The position numbers and the translations under genes are program-made. A stretch of 63,626 nt of DNA, filler included, from Octopus bimaculoides (Eukaryota), in NCBI RefSeq assembly GCF_001194135.2. It is 6 parts of 6 records of this genome, joined end to end, with 100 filler letters (N's around TTAATTAATTAA, not from the genome) between each part and the next. Parts side by side here need not be neighbours in the genome. Positions count along the whole stretch, not along the records: positions 26,108 to 54,165 come from NC_068985.1; 5 more parts are not named here. One strand, 5' to 3'. Each line of letters starts with the position of its first letter. Position 1 is the first letter of the stretch. Of the stretch, positions 28,372 through 41,277 are shown piece by piece. The notes under the pieces are model-generated. The model did not search any database. It was not told the DNA's origin and saw nothing but the letters and a program-made list of their open reading frames with translations.

Positions 28372-28412
<41 letters not shown>

Positions 28413-28563
28413 GTGCGTGTGTGTGTATACATACATACATACATACATATATATGTGGGGTTGTGTATATGTACGTGTGTATGTATTTATGCGTATGTAT
28501 TATATATCACTCAAAATATGTACGCATGTATGTGTGTATATGAACCGAGCAAGCAAGAAAGAA

Positions 28564-28616
<53 letters not shown>

Positions 28617-29740
28617 AAGATAGACAGAGAACGAGAGAGAATGTGTATTCGTGTGTGTATATGTGTGTGTATGTATGAAAGGGTGGGAGGGAAAGAGATG
28701 TAGATTCTCATTAAATAAACTGAAAGTTCTCAACAGAAGCCGCTGTTGAAACTAATTCCGAAGCAGCAGTTCTGTAGTGTGATTTACGCAATAAGAGATA
28801 GTGTCCTCTGCTTTCTTATCCAATAAGTGTAAGAGGACCATATATACCACCACGCTCCGCCCAGACCAACCCCATCACGTCTGGCATTGAGGTAAATGTT
28901 AGCGTAAAGATTACTTTAGTTCACGAACCGAACACATATATCTCTTTCGCCCTTCCACGACATTCCTGTTTTAGACGTATCGAATCCAATCTCCGACATA
29001 TTTTGTCGTCAAGCACATACACACGTGTGTGTGTACCCACGCGCGCACACACACACACGCATACAAACACACAAACATGCGCACATATATGGATTTATAC
29101 AGTGTGTGTGTCTTTGTGTGCGCGCGTGTATATATATGTGTATGTGTATGTATGTATATCTAGAGATGTATATGTAAATGTATAAAATGTCTATATGTAC
29201 ATACATGTATATATATTTACTCACATATACTTTAAATATATATATACATACATATATATATATATATATATANNNNNNNNNNNNNNNNNNNNNNNNNNNN
29301 NNNNNNNNNNNNNNNNNNNNNNNNNNNNNNNNNNNNNNNNNNNNNNNNNNNNNNNNNNNNNNNNNNNNNNNNNNNNNNNNNNNNNNNNNNNNNNNNNNNN
29401 NNNNNNNNNNNNNNNNNNNNNNNNNNNNNNNNNNNNNNNNNNNNNNNNNNNNNNNNNNNNNNNNNNNNNNNNNNNNNNNNNNNNNNNNNNNNNNNNNNNN
29501 NNNNNNNNNNNNNNNNNNNNNNNNNNNNNNNNNNNNNNNNNNNNNNNNNNNNNNNNNNNNNNNNNNNNNNNNNNNNNNNNNNNNNNNNNNNNNNNNNNNN
29601 NNNNNNNNNNNNNNNNNNNNNNNNNNNNNNNNNNNNNNNNNNNNNNNNNNNNNNNNNNNNNNNNNNNNNNNNNNNNNNNNNNNNNNNNNNNNNNNNNNNN
29701 NNNNNNNNNNNNNNNNNNNNNNNNNNNNNNNNNNNNNNAC

Positions 29741-31400
29741 TTTATTTCATAAATATTTGCCATAAGGGCATTACAAAGAGGGGACGAACAAGGACAGACA
29801 AACATAAAAGGGGTGAAGTAGCTGTATCGATTAAATATTTACAATTTTAAATATACAATAAAAATCTGATTATATTTACAATGTTCGATTAGAGCATTTC
29901 TCATTACAGATGCAATTTGTAATGGCTTTCCTGAAGGATAGGCATCCGACCACCAGGGTAGACCCCTTGCTTTTTCTTTCTCTTGTTTTTGGCTTCCACT
30001 TACCTGGTGCCAAACACTCCCAGCTTCCTCGCCACAGGCTTCCATCTTCTCATGAATCTGTCTCGTGCCAGATACCTCTCCTCCAGCCTGATCTTACTAC
30101 TGAGGTGGTAACAAAAAAAGTTAACTAACCCTGGCCAGATACAAAGGTATCCGTCACTATGCCACTTACACGCGTCTTCCATACTGTTTCTTTCAGTATG
30201 GCTACTACGCAGGAAAAGCAATCCTTCCTTTCTCTGTTGAGGGAAGGAGGCGGCACAATCTCGATGATAGATCCCGCTGATAGCTGTACTCTTCCCATCG
30301 ATGACAACAGTTGTTCTGCGAAAACTATCAGTCTCGTTAATTTCGGACATTTCACGAATGCGTGCAAGACGGTTTCCCTGTCCCGACCGCACCTCGGACA
30401 TGTCGGCGATACAGCACTTCCGTGCCTTGACAATTTATCACGAACAGGTAACGCCGCACGGAAGCACTGCCAAGCCAGGGACTTCTGGTAATTGTCCAGA
30501 TACCCCGGCCCGAAAGTTCTCCTGAACAGGTTGGTCAACTGATTTTCATCGTAGCCCAGGGTCTCCCCCAAGGCGTCTTCGGACCTGAATCCCACTAACC
30601 CGCTATAAAAATCCGCGGTGGAACTCCTGTTGCCGGCATTTCCAGCCCGAGAGAGTAGCTGAAGTGCCTGTCGGCACTCCAATTGCCAGTCCCCCAGCCT
30701 AGGTCTCTGCTTGATTCAATTACCAACGTCCGTTAAGGACGTTAACTGTGGAAGGTAGAACGTGCGGTGACCACACCTGCTCTCCATCCAGGTAAAGCCA
30801 AAGGTGCCTCAACCTTAACGAGAATTTTCGCATCCTCAGCCAAGGCATCCCTAGCCCACCCTTTAGCGGTTTCTGGTAGCAGACAGAGCGCTTCACGAGT
30901 GGCTTTCCTCCCTTCCACAAAAAGCGGAAAAGGATTCTTTCCAACTTGTTCAGCCACAAATCGGGGCAAGGCACCACGGTCAGACGGTAGGTGATAACCG
31001 ATGCTATAAACATCTGCACCACCTCTGCCTTTCCTAGCAAGGATAACGCCCGCCCAGACCAGGTCTGGGTTAGAGCAGTCACTTTGCTGGTCCCCTCGCT
31101 CCAATTTTTCTCTATCTGGAGGCCTGGCCCGAACCAGTCTCCAAGCAGCTTAACAAGACCTTCTGTCCAACGCCCCACAACCTTATTGGACGGCATCGGC
31201 TTGCCCCTCCAGGTGCCGAGTTGCAAACCGATCGACTTGTCCTTGTTAACCTTTGCTCCTGCCACCGTCTCGTAACTTTTGATAGCCTCTTCCACCACTG
31301 GAAACTGGCCCTCATCCGTCACGCTGATGGTGATGTCATCCGCATACGCCGTAGCTCCTCTTCCACACCATAGATCATGCGGTGCGCCCCTACCGCCTCC
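29741..31400 (-). mobile_element. 5'-truncated Tx1/L1-clade LINE (RT C-terminus, zf-RVT, 3'UTR)
   Basis: AYADDITI (YADD 31335-31346), GAKVNKDKS, KGGLGMP, ALPVRDKL..CPRCGRDRETVLHAFVKC. Confidence 0.9.
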
Positions 31401-31446
31401 AACTTCTACTTACCACACAGCCACTCCTGCGCCTAAAGTGTGAGAT

Positions 31447-31491
31447 GCTTACAGTACCTAGGTTTCCCAAGCGATCACCCATCTGAGAATT
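31447..31491 (-). pseudogene. 5S rRNA-like 3' fragment
   Basis: 32/45 matches by eye to the 3' part of the metazoan 5S consensus as I recall it. Confidence 0.45.
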
Positions 31492-31859
31492 CAGAACGCA
31501 AAGAGGGACGAAATGCCACTAAGAATTTTCACCGGTGTGATAACCATTCTGCTGGCTCGCCCCCTCTCTCTCATACAAATACTGGAAGTTAATCAGTTCT
31601 CTGCTCTGTCGCTCATCTCTGTCTTTCTATTTCTCTCTCTTCTTTCTTTCCCTCAGCGATATCTCTTTCTTCTTTACTCTCATTCACACTCTGATACCAT
31701 TTCTAAGCTTTTGGATGAACACATCATTTTATCAAACCGCAGAGTATTCTTATCATTCTTATTGATAAACCCAAAGTCGGCCTTGATTAAGTTACATCAG
31801 TGATTAGCGTTTCAGCCGTGATAAGTCCCTCTTATAATGTTTAGACTCATAAATATATC

Positions 31860-32070
31860 TTATATCTTTCACTTGTTTTAATCATTGGATTGCAGCCATG
31901 GTGGGGCACCGCCATGAAGGGTTTAGTCGAATACATCGACCACAGTACTTATTTTTTGAAAGTCTGGTACTTCTTCTGTCCGTCTCTTTTGCCGAACCAC
32001 TAATTCACTAAGTATTCGGAGGACGTAAACAAAGCGACATTAGTTGTCAAACTGTGGTCGGGACAAACAC
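31860..32070 (-). mobile_element. SINE family A 3' part, diverged
   Basis: gcagccatgg..gcaccgcc..tttagtcga..cttttgccgaacc. Confidence 0.65.
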
Positions 32071-32098
32071 ACGCGCATGCGCGTACAGGCATACGCAC

Positions 32099-32132
<34 letters not shown>

Positions 32133-32513
32133 TGTCTTGTTCTCACTGTCCTGTTCTTGTTTACACTTTGACCCTCTGCAAAAAAAAAAAAATCCAAATT
32201 ATATTACTTTGCTTTGCGGGAAGGACTGTTCCAACGAAGTCGCGTATTGTCCTTGCCTTCAAAACGCAGAGTAGATGGAACAGGGACAACTGAAGAAGGG
32301 AAATATTCTTTATGTTGCATGTCTCGTTTCTCTGTTTGTTTTTTTCGTTGTTCAAAAAAAAAGTTCTTTTTCTGTCTTCGTCTTTATGTTTTCGTTTCTC
32401 ATTGTGTTTAACGTTTTTTGTGATGTCTTGTACCCATATATGCACGTATGTATACATATAGATGTAGATATGTACATATATGTATGGATATATATATTTA
32501 TATATTATTTATG

Positions 32514-32561
<48 letters not shown>

Positions 32562-32684
32562 CAAATTTATAGAAAAACAAAGACAAAGACGCGTAGAAAC
32601 AGCAAGCATGAGTATTAGTTTGACGCACGGGGAAAATGGAAAAGTCTTTTACGTTTCGAGCCTGTCGTTTATATATACATATAT

Positions 32685-32850
32685 ACGACAGACTTCTTTC
32701 AGTTTCAGTCTACTCACAAGGCATTGGTCAGTCCAGAGCTATAGTTAGTCAGCCCAGAGCTATACTTGCTCAAGGTGCCGTGGCGCAGCGAGACTGAACT
32801 TGGAACCATGTGTTTGAGTAGCAAACTTCTTACCATACAGCCACGCCTAC
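32685..32850 (-). mobile_element. SINE family A head part, diverged
   Basis: cttctttcagtttc..ctcacaaggc.ttggtc..ctgaac..ggaaccatgtg..cttaccatacagccacgcct. Confidence 0.65.
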
Positions 32851-33559
32851 GTTATCCTGTGTCTTTCAGTTTTCTGAGATGGTAGTGTTTGATATGAATA
32901 AGATGTAGCTGTTATCTTTAGCAGTTGGCATCTGGGGTACTTATCAATAGGTATATTCAATTCTGAGTTATTAACACCAAAATCTTTTGTCAAGTTCTGT
33001 AACCATTGGATTATTTTAAAGAATTAACGTCATGTCTTCTTTTCTGAAATATTTACTTTTTTGTATTATAAATATTCTGTCAGCGTTAGTCATTTTTTAA
33101 TGAATATTATTCAAAATTTTCCATTTATTATGCTGCTGCAAATTTGAAATTGAATAAAATCAAATTTTCACTCTCCTAACTTGACAGTTCAAATATGAAA
33201 TGATATAATGAGTAAAGTATTTATTTCTATATTTTATCAAAGTTTCTATTGGAAAGAAAGAAGAAACTAAATACAAAGTACATTGTGTGATAAATTCGGC
33301 TCAGAATAAGAAAAGTATTAAATCAGCTCAAAGAAAGTAGTAGAGTAGTTAGCTGGACGCCGGAGAGAATACCTCGCAGTAAGTGTTCCGACACTCCGCG
33401 TTGCGAGTTCGAATCCTATAGGGATCAACTTTGCTTATTCATATATTTATGTATTTTTTCAGTAAAAGTGTACCAATCCTGGATTATACTTGTACTTGCA
33501 GCGGATTATGCTTGTATTATTCGGCATACTATCGTGAGGTCGTGAGTTCGATTCCCAGC

Positions 33560-33790
33560 GGAACGTTGGCAAAAATACCTGCATTTCAAGGAGCCAACAT
33601 TGTCACATTCTGTGTCGTGCTGAATTTCCTTGAGAACTGCGTTAAGGAGAGAACTGTGTCGGTGGAGTCCTCAGCCACTTGCACGTTAATTTCACGAGCA
33701 GGTAGTTCTGTTGCTGGGATGAACTGGAACTCTCGTCGTCGTGACCGACGGAGTGCCAGTATTGTCTCAGGGCTCTTCCTAATGTACGAT
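33560..33790 (-). mobile_element. SINE family B, diverged
   Basis: ctcagccacttgcacgttaatttcacgagcagg..cggagtgcca matches 38600-38695. Confidence 0.65.
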
Positions 33791-35845
33791 ATGTACAGTG
33801 TGATTCAATGGAGATTTTGTTGCTATTTCTAGCAGATTGACTCTATAAAGACTTGTTGGTGGTGTTGTTGTTAAGCCCAAGTTCTGTTCTGATTGAAGAG
33901 ATCTCTGGTCAAAAATATTCCTGTTGTAACCATACCATCACAGCTGGAATTCTTTTGCATATCTAGGGCTACATTGTATAATGATCCTATTTGGATGACA
34001 ATATATATCAGGAAGATTTGCCTGCTATTTCTAGCAGCTTAGACAAGTACATTAAAGCACTTTCATGGTAAAGGTTTTCTTTTGTGTGTGGTGGCCGTTC
34101 GGAAGATGAGAGTGAAAATGATGATAAAAGTGAAGATGGTTTTATGATGATAATGAAGATGTTAAGAAAATGATAAAGATAATAATGATGATGAGAATGA
34201 GGAGTGGGGTTTCAAAGATGAAGACGAATTCAAAATCGCGAATTTGCATTTATTCTTTCAGAGTAAGTAACGTAGGTGTCAGTCAAATATTGGAGTCAAT
34301 ATAATCGACTGCTCCTATTCTCGTCCTCAAAATATCTGGTCGTGTGCTTACGTAGAAAATCATACTTTTTTTGTTGTTAGTAATTTTTATAACAAAGCTA
34401 TTCGTTGTGCATATGTTGTTTGTTTTTTTTTCGGTGCCAATTAACTCTTGTAAACATACATCTATTACATCTTTTTGGAACTATACAACGCATACAAACT
34501 CTTAAAAGAAATTCAGTCCCTAAGTATTATCTACCTGTGGCTAGGAAAGAAGAAAATATTCTATATATTAACCAGATATCACTGACCTCAAGATATCACA
34601 ATAAATTTATCATGATTAGACCACACATTGTTATAAAAGAAATCAACTGGGCTCCCCATTGATTTTTTAATAAATTGCTTGGTAACAGAAAAGCAACCCC
34701 CAAAACAGGCAAAAACAAGGCAAACCATTAAAATGCTTAAAAAAGGAATACATAAACAAATTTTGCGACAGATGTGTTTGACTACTTCTAAAAACAGTTC
34801 CCTAGGGCGTGTTTCTTCTCCCCATAAATCCTTTTATTCTTATCTTTGCTCTTGATACAAGTCGACCTTTGTATCAACCGAAAATGTCTGTTAAGTCTCA
34901 AAACTTTGCTCTCGGATATGGTTTTTATCTACCAGTTTCATTCGCCTCGGGTCGATGATAATGTCGCTCTGATTTTACTGACCTGTACCCACTTCTCTTA
35001 CTGCCGACACCACTTTACCTTGGAGCCACCTCTTAATCGTAAAATTGTTTTCATAGACGATAAACAAATACATACAAATGTTTAGCCTTAAAAGAAAGGT
35101 GAGTGTGTATATGTTTGTGTGTTTGGATGTTATTGTTCACAACTTCGTTTGTATATAATGTATTCTATACATAAGTGGGGAGTCTCTGCGCACACCTTTG
35201 TATATATATATATATATATATACATGTGTGTGTGTGCGAATAAGCGTGCATGTGTGTTCGTTTCGAGTGAGTGGCTGGTTAAAGAGAACTAATTTATGAT
35301 CCTGTTTTCAGCGAGTGTTTAAAGAAAACACTCAATTGCTTTGATAATAGCAGATTAGAAATAACAGTCTCGTTTCCGTTTGTGTTCTTGTGTTCTTTGT
35401 TTAGAGAGCTTATATTCCTTTCTAATAACATATGATACATATAAGAACAACAGAATTGGTTGGCAGTATAAAAAAGAACTGAACAAAAAAAAAAAGTACC
35501 TAAAATAAATGAAACGGAGACGAATATGATGGTGGGGGTAAGAAGAAATCAATTAATTGGAAAGTAAAATAGAAGAAAAAACAACTTCAACAACTTGGTA
35601 ATATTTACCCTTTTAATAGTTTGACCTTTGACAAGCAAGAATAACCTCACAAAAAAGAAATTATAAAAGACACAGCTAAATTCTAATAGTCGTTTTACAG
35701 ACCAATGAAAAACAAGTTTAAACTATTGCCAAAAGCAATTGAATAGATTAGAGTAATTAAATCTATAAAAAAGAACGTTTCACTAGCTATTTAAAGAGGC
35801 AGTTTTATGGTAACGCGCACACACACACACATACACACATGCACG

Positions 35846-35923
<78 letters not shown>

Positions 35924-36757
35924 CTACAATGCTAAAGTTTTCAGAGTAATAAATAAGTGTCTTGTAAAATAACTCCTAACATTTTCAAGCCTTAAACCTA
36001 AAGTTCAGGCACAAAAGCTAGCTGAAGGTTACCATATACAAAACTAAAAGTTTAGGAAGAACAAATCTATCTATTCGTCTCACACATATTCATACATACA
36101 TATATTTATATTTGTATATGTACATGATAGGATGATTTGTTAACTGCTTTATGGTGCATGGGGACAAACGTAAAATTTGCTTCAAACTAAATGCTTATAG
36201 ATATAGATCGGCCATACGTACGTATATATAAATAAGTTTTACATAAATGACTTGGAAACATTATTTCTAAGCAGCGAATGGTTTCTCTGAAGCAAGCGAA
36301 GTATTTCTGGCTATAAGTAAAAATATATTTTTACATTTTAACTTTTATTATTTCATTTACATCAGTTATAGGATTGTAGCCATGCTGGAGCACCACCAAG
36401 ACTGTATACTTCTATATCGAACATTACTGTCTGATCTTATCCATGTTACTTTTCGATGTCTACTTGTCGAAGCGATTGGTGAGGCACATAATCATATAGC
36501 TTTGTTGGTTAGGAAATATAACAATGCGAGGTAATGATTACGACGAGTGAGATTCTGGAAGTTGGAGAAATAAATACATAGCGCTGTTAACTAAATATAA
36601 AAGCGAAAGAAAATATAAATATATAAACGTTTGTAAGAGCGAGCAATTTACTGAAATTAGTTGACAGCTCTCACAAATATACTGATAAAAGAAAATATTA
36701 CTTTGCTATTACGAGGACTAGCTTGAGATAAACGAACGTATTATGGACTGAATAAAA

Positions 36758-37035
36758 GCGCATGGCCTAGTAGTTAGAGTGGTTGCTTTCTCGATCTAAC
36801 GATCGTGGTCTCCGGGTCGGGCGGTGCGTCGTATTTTTGAGTAAAACACCTCCTTTCAGGTTGTTCTGCGATCACTTCGATATTTGACGTGTGAAACACC
36901 TTGCATTTTATACAGGCAGTGTTGATTTGATAGAGGGAGCGAGCCAATGTACACACAACGCAATCATTTGGTCGCTGTAAACAAATCATCTGTGCAGATT
37001 GGTCGGCAAGTAGTTGCTGAATCGCCTTTCTCAGA
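36758..37035 (+). mobile_element. tRNA-derived SINE (diverged, separate family)
   Basis: A-box-like tggcctagtagttagag followed by a ttgagtaaaacac core. Confidence 0.45.
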
Positions 37036-37209
37036 CTTGAGAGATATTAATAATAATAATGATTTATTTCCCTTGCCACCGGGGCAAACGATGACGGGGT
37101 CAATATAAAGACAAACATAAAATGTTGGGGTTTACGTATAATGAAATGACAAAAAAGTATATTTACATTATCTACCTATCTATCTATCTATCTACCTACC
37201 TACCTACCC

Positions 37210-37278
<69 letters not shown>

Positions 37279-37279
<1 letters not shown>

Positions 37280-37505
37280 GTTGTTGGCACTCCGTCGCTT
37301 ACGACAACGAGGGTTCCAGTTGATCCGATCAACGGAGCAGCCCGCTCGTGAAATTAACGTGCAAGTGGCTGAGCATTCCACAGACACGTGTACCCTTAAC
37401 GTAGTCCTCGGGGATATTCAGCGTGACACAGTGTGACAAGGCTCATCCTTTGAATTACAGGCACAACAGAAACAGGAAGTAAGAGTGAGAGAAAGTTGTG
37501 GTGAA
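37279..37505 (+). mobile_element. SINE family B
   Basis: gttggcactccgtcgcttacgac..gtgcaagtggctgagc..aattacaggcacaacagaaacagg. Confidence 0.8.
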
Positions 37506-37668
37506 ANNNNNNNNNNNNNNNNNNNNNNNNNNNNNNNNNNNNNNNNNNNNNNNNNNNNNNNNNNNNNNNNNNNNNNNNNNNNNNNNNNNNNNNNNNNNNN
37601 NNNNNNNNNNNNNNNNNNNNNNNNNNNNNNNNNNNNNNNNNNNNNNNNNNNNNNNNNNNNNNNNNNNN

Positions 37669-37727
<59 letters not shown>

Positions 37728-38444
37728 CAAAGTATAAACATACAATAAAACAAAGTAGTAAGAAGAAAGAAATGACAAAATGATAAGAATAATGATAGCT
37801 CTGATGCAGTACAGGTTTATGAAGTGGCGTTCGTGCCAACTTGTAATTATTATTTTGGTATTAGAAGTTTTCTTTCGGATTTAATGAATCCTAACTTCTG
37901 CCGTAGTTAGTTGCATAGCCAAGTGCATCAATAATCTTTAGATATAAATCTAAAGTTACAATTCAAGGAGCAGAGTTTCATCTGTCTTTACGTTCCAGGA
38001 TCAAATTCCGCTGGGGTCAACTTTGCCTTTCATCCTCTTGTAGTCGATAAAATAAACACCAGTAGAGAACTGGGGTCGATGTAATCGACTTATCCATTCT
38101 CTCGAAATAACTGTCCTTGTACCAAAATTTGAAAAAAATATTACGTTAATGTCTGTTGAACTACGAACGGTTTTCGACTGTACAAACCTTCAGTTGGCTG
38201 CAAATAATTTTCTGGTCTACTGTGCCTGCATTTTACAGCGGTTTTGACAGAGAGCTTCCAACAATGCTCTTTTATTCTGTGAATAGGCTCTCATCTCGAT
38301 TCTCTACAGCATTGAAGCTTGTATTGCCATCTTCAGAACACTATTCTTTCTTACAGATTGCATTGTATAATGCTTTGGACACTACACAATCACTTATAGA
38401 TAGTATGTATACATATCGTTAAGTGTGTGTATTTCGCATACTAA

Positions 38445-38696
38445 ATGTATGCGAACCCTCCTGTACTCTTTCACCACAACTTTCTCTCACTCATACTTCC
38501 TGTTTCTGTTGTGCCTGTAATTCAAAGGATGAGCCTTGTCACACTGTGTCACGCTGAATATCCCCGAGAACTACGTTAAGGGTACACGTGTCTGTGGAAT
38601 GCTCAGCCACTTGCACGTTAATTTCACGAGCAGGCTGTTCCGTTGATCGGATCAACTGGAACCCTCCACGTCGTAAGCGACGGAGTGCCAACAACA
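38445..38696 (-). mobile_element. SINE family B (inverted relative to 37279-37505)
   Basis: Near-exact reverse complement of 37279-37505. Confidence 0.85.
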
Positions 38697-38699
38697 TAT

Positions 38700-38742
<43 letters not shown>

Positions 38743-38749
38743 TACGTAT

Positions 38750-39142
38750 GTAGGAGTGGCTGTGTGGTAACTAGCTTGCTTACCAACCACATGGTCCCGG
38801 GTTCAGTGCCACTGCGTGAGATCTTGGGCAAGTGTCTTCTACTATAGCCTCGAGCCGACCAAAGCCTTGTGAGTGGATTTGGTAGACGGAAACTGAAAGA
38901 AGCCCGTCGTATATATGTATATATATATATGTATGTGTTTTGTTTGTTTGTGTTTGTCCCCCAACATCGCTTGACAACCGATGCTGGTGTGTTTACGTCC
39001 CCGTAACTTAGCGGTTCGGCAAAAGAGACCGATAGAATAAGTACTAGGCTTCTAAAGAATAAGTCCTGGGGTCGATTTGCTCGACTAAAGGCGGTGCCCC
39101 AGCATGGCCACAGTCAAAAAGACTGAAACAAGTAAAAGAGTA
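38750..39142 (+). mobile_element. SINE family A, complete
   Basis: Full head, core and gtaaaagagtaaaa tail. Confidence 0.85.
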
Positions 39143-40661
39143 AAATATATATATATATATATATATTATATAGTCACATACACGCAGACATGTAATTATA
39201 TATATATATATATATATACGTAAATATTTATGAATATATATGTGTGTGTGTATGTGTGTATGTGTGTAAGTACGTACCTATTTGATTGTATGTGTATCAA
39301 TGCAGAAAAATGTAAGAGGAAGTGAGTGGCAATAAGAGAACGTAAACAAAAAAAAAAGTTTATTAGAGAGGAAATATACAAAGAGACGAAGAAAGAAATA
39401 ATAAAATAGAGCAAGAAAAAGAAACATCAGACAAAAATGATAGGAAGTTTATAAAGTGGAGAATCCTCAAAAGATGAGGAATCAAAGAGTCTTTGCGTGA
39501 CCGCCCGAAATGACCATAAATATTATATATAATATTATTCTGCCACCATGATACGGCTTCGAAATCCAATGGCTCTGGTGTCAAGCAGTTTAGATTAAAG
39601 CCAACATAAACATGCATGAAGAGATTCACACCAGAAGCTGTAAGTAACAGACTTACGACAGGCAACAACACTAAATCAGCTGACCGAATGTTAGTATTCC
39701 CCTCCGATAGTCCCACATTGTCCATCGATGAAGAGCAATTCTGTTTCTTTCATTATTTCTGTATCTCGAAAACTACCTCAATTTCGTTCGCTTACATTCT
39801 GTCTCTCGTGTCTTCGTCTATCTTTACTTATTTTTATTCGTCTATTGCCTTCCAACTTCACATTCTTCTCCGAAACAGACCGACCGATCAAACGAAAGCA
39901 CTTCGCCTCTAACACCGCCACTGGCTTGAACATCGCCTGACATCAGCCACCAACCACCACCAGCTACCACCATCGCCACCGCCGCCGCCACCGCCATCAC
40001 AACCACCACCACCTGGCCGTTGTTCTACTTGAATGAATCCTTACGACATATTCGGTAGCAGAAAAGCCGTAAAGAAAGACTTTTCTGTCAAGACATGGAA
40101 ACTATAAGTCCACTNNNNNNNNNNNNNNNNNNNNNNNNNNNNNNNNNNNNNNNNNNNNNNNNNNNNNNNNNNNNNNNNNNNNNNNNNNNNNNNNNNNNNN
40201 NNNNNNNNNNNNNNNNNNNNNNNNNNNNNNNNNNNNNNNNNNNNNNNNNNNNNNNNNNNNNNNNNNNNNNNNNNNNNNNNNNNNNNNNNNNNNNNNNNNN
40301 NNNNNNNNNNNNNNNNNNNNNNNNNNNNNNNNNNNNNNNNNNNNNNNNNNNNNNNNNNNNNNNNNNNNNNNNNNNNNNNNNNNNNNNNNNNNNNNNNNNN
40401 NNNNNNNNNNNNNNNNNNNNNNNNNNNNNNNNNNNNNNNNNNNNNNNNNNNNNNNNNNNNNNNNNNNNNNNNNNNNNNNNNNNNNNNNNNNNNNNNNNNN
40501 NNNNNNNNNNNNNNNNNNNNNNNNNNNNNNNNNNNNNNNNNNNNNNNNNNNNNNNNNNNNNNNNNNNNNNNNNNNNNNNNNNNNNNNNNNNNNNNNNNNN
40601 NNNNNNNNNNNNNNNNNNNNNNNNNNNNNNNNNNNNNNNNNNNNNNNNNNNNNNNNNNNNN

Positions 40662-40709
<48 letters not shown>

Positions 40710-41277
40710 TCAAAATGCACACACACACATATATATATAAATATAAATATAAATTTATATAAATATTTTTATGTATATATGCATGTATGCGTTTGCAATT
40801 GTTTATCTATACGCACATTACTCCGCATCAACAATCGCAGACTTACACGTAAGGATTGCCTTCTAGTTAACTCGTGTGTAAGTTGTGTAATGAAAACGTG
40901 ATTTAAAGTGTTTATTCATGGCTTATGACCTCATAACTAGTCAAATTTCATGAAGGACGATGTATATCACCCTTTTGTCAAAAGAACCGAGTTTGAATAA
41001 TCAAAAATGCTATATTACTTTACATGGCAATCTAGTTACATGGTGTCGGATAATATTGAGTTATCTTTCCGGCTCCATTATCCGGTTCGAAACCAACCAA
41101 GGTAAAATGAAGATATACTGTATTTTATAGTCTCGTATGTTTATTCATTTCATATTTATTTACAGTTAAATATAAACAATGATATTCTCTTGAACACACA
41201 CGCAAGTATAAATACATGTATTAAAAAATATACACATATACAGCCTCACAGGCGCATATATATATATATATATATAT

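Noticed and set aside
19990-31400. The three Tx1 pieces as one fragmented element
   Set aside because: Their order is wrong for a single minus-strand element, and two separate 3' ends exist (19347 and 29741).
39550-39660. Possible exon ending gaagct|gtaagt
   Set aside because: No sustained ORF or recognisable protein; splice-like words are expected by chance.
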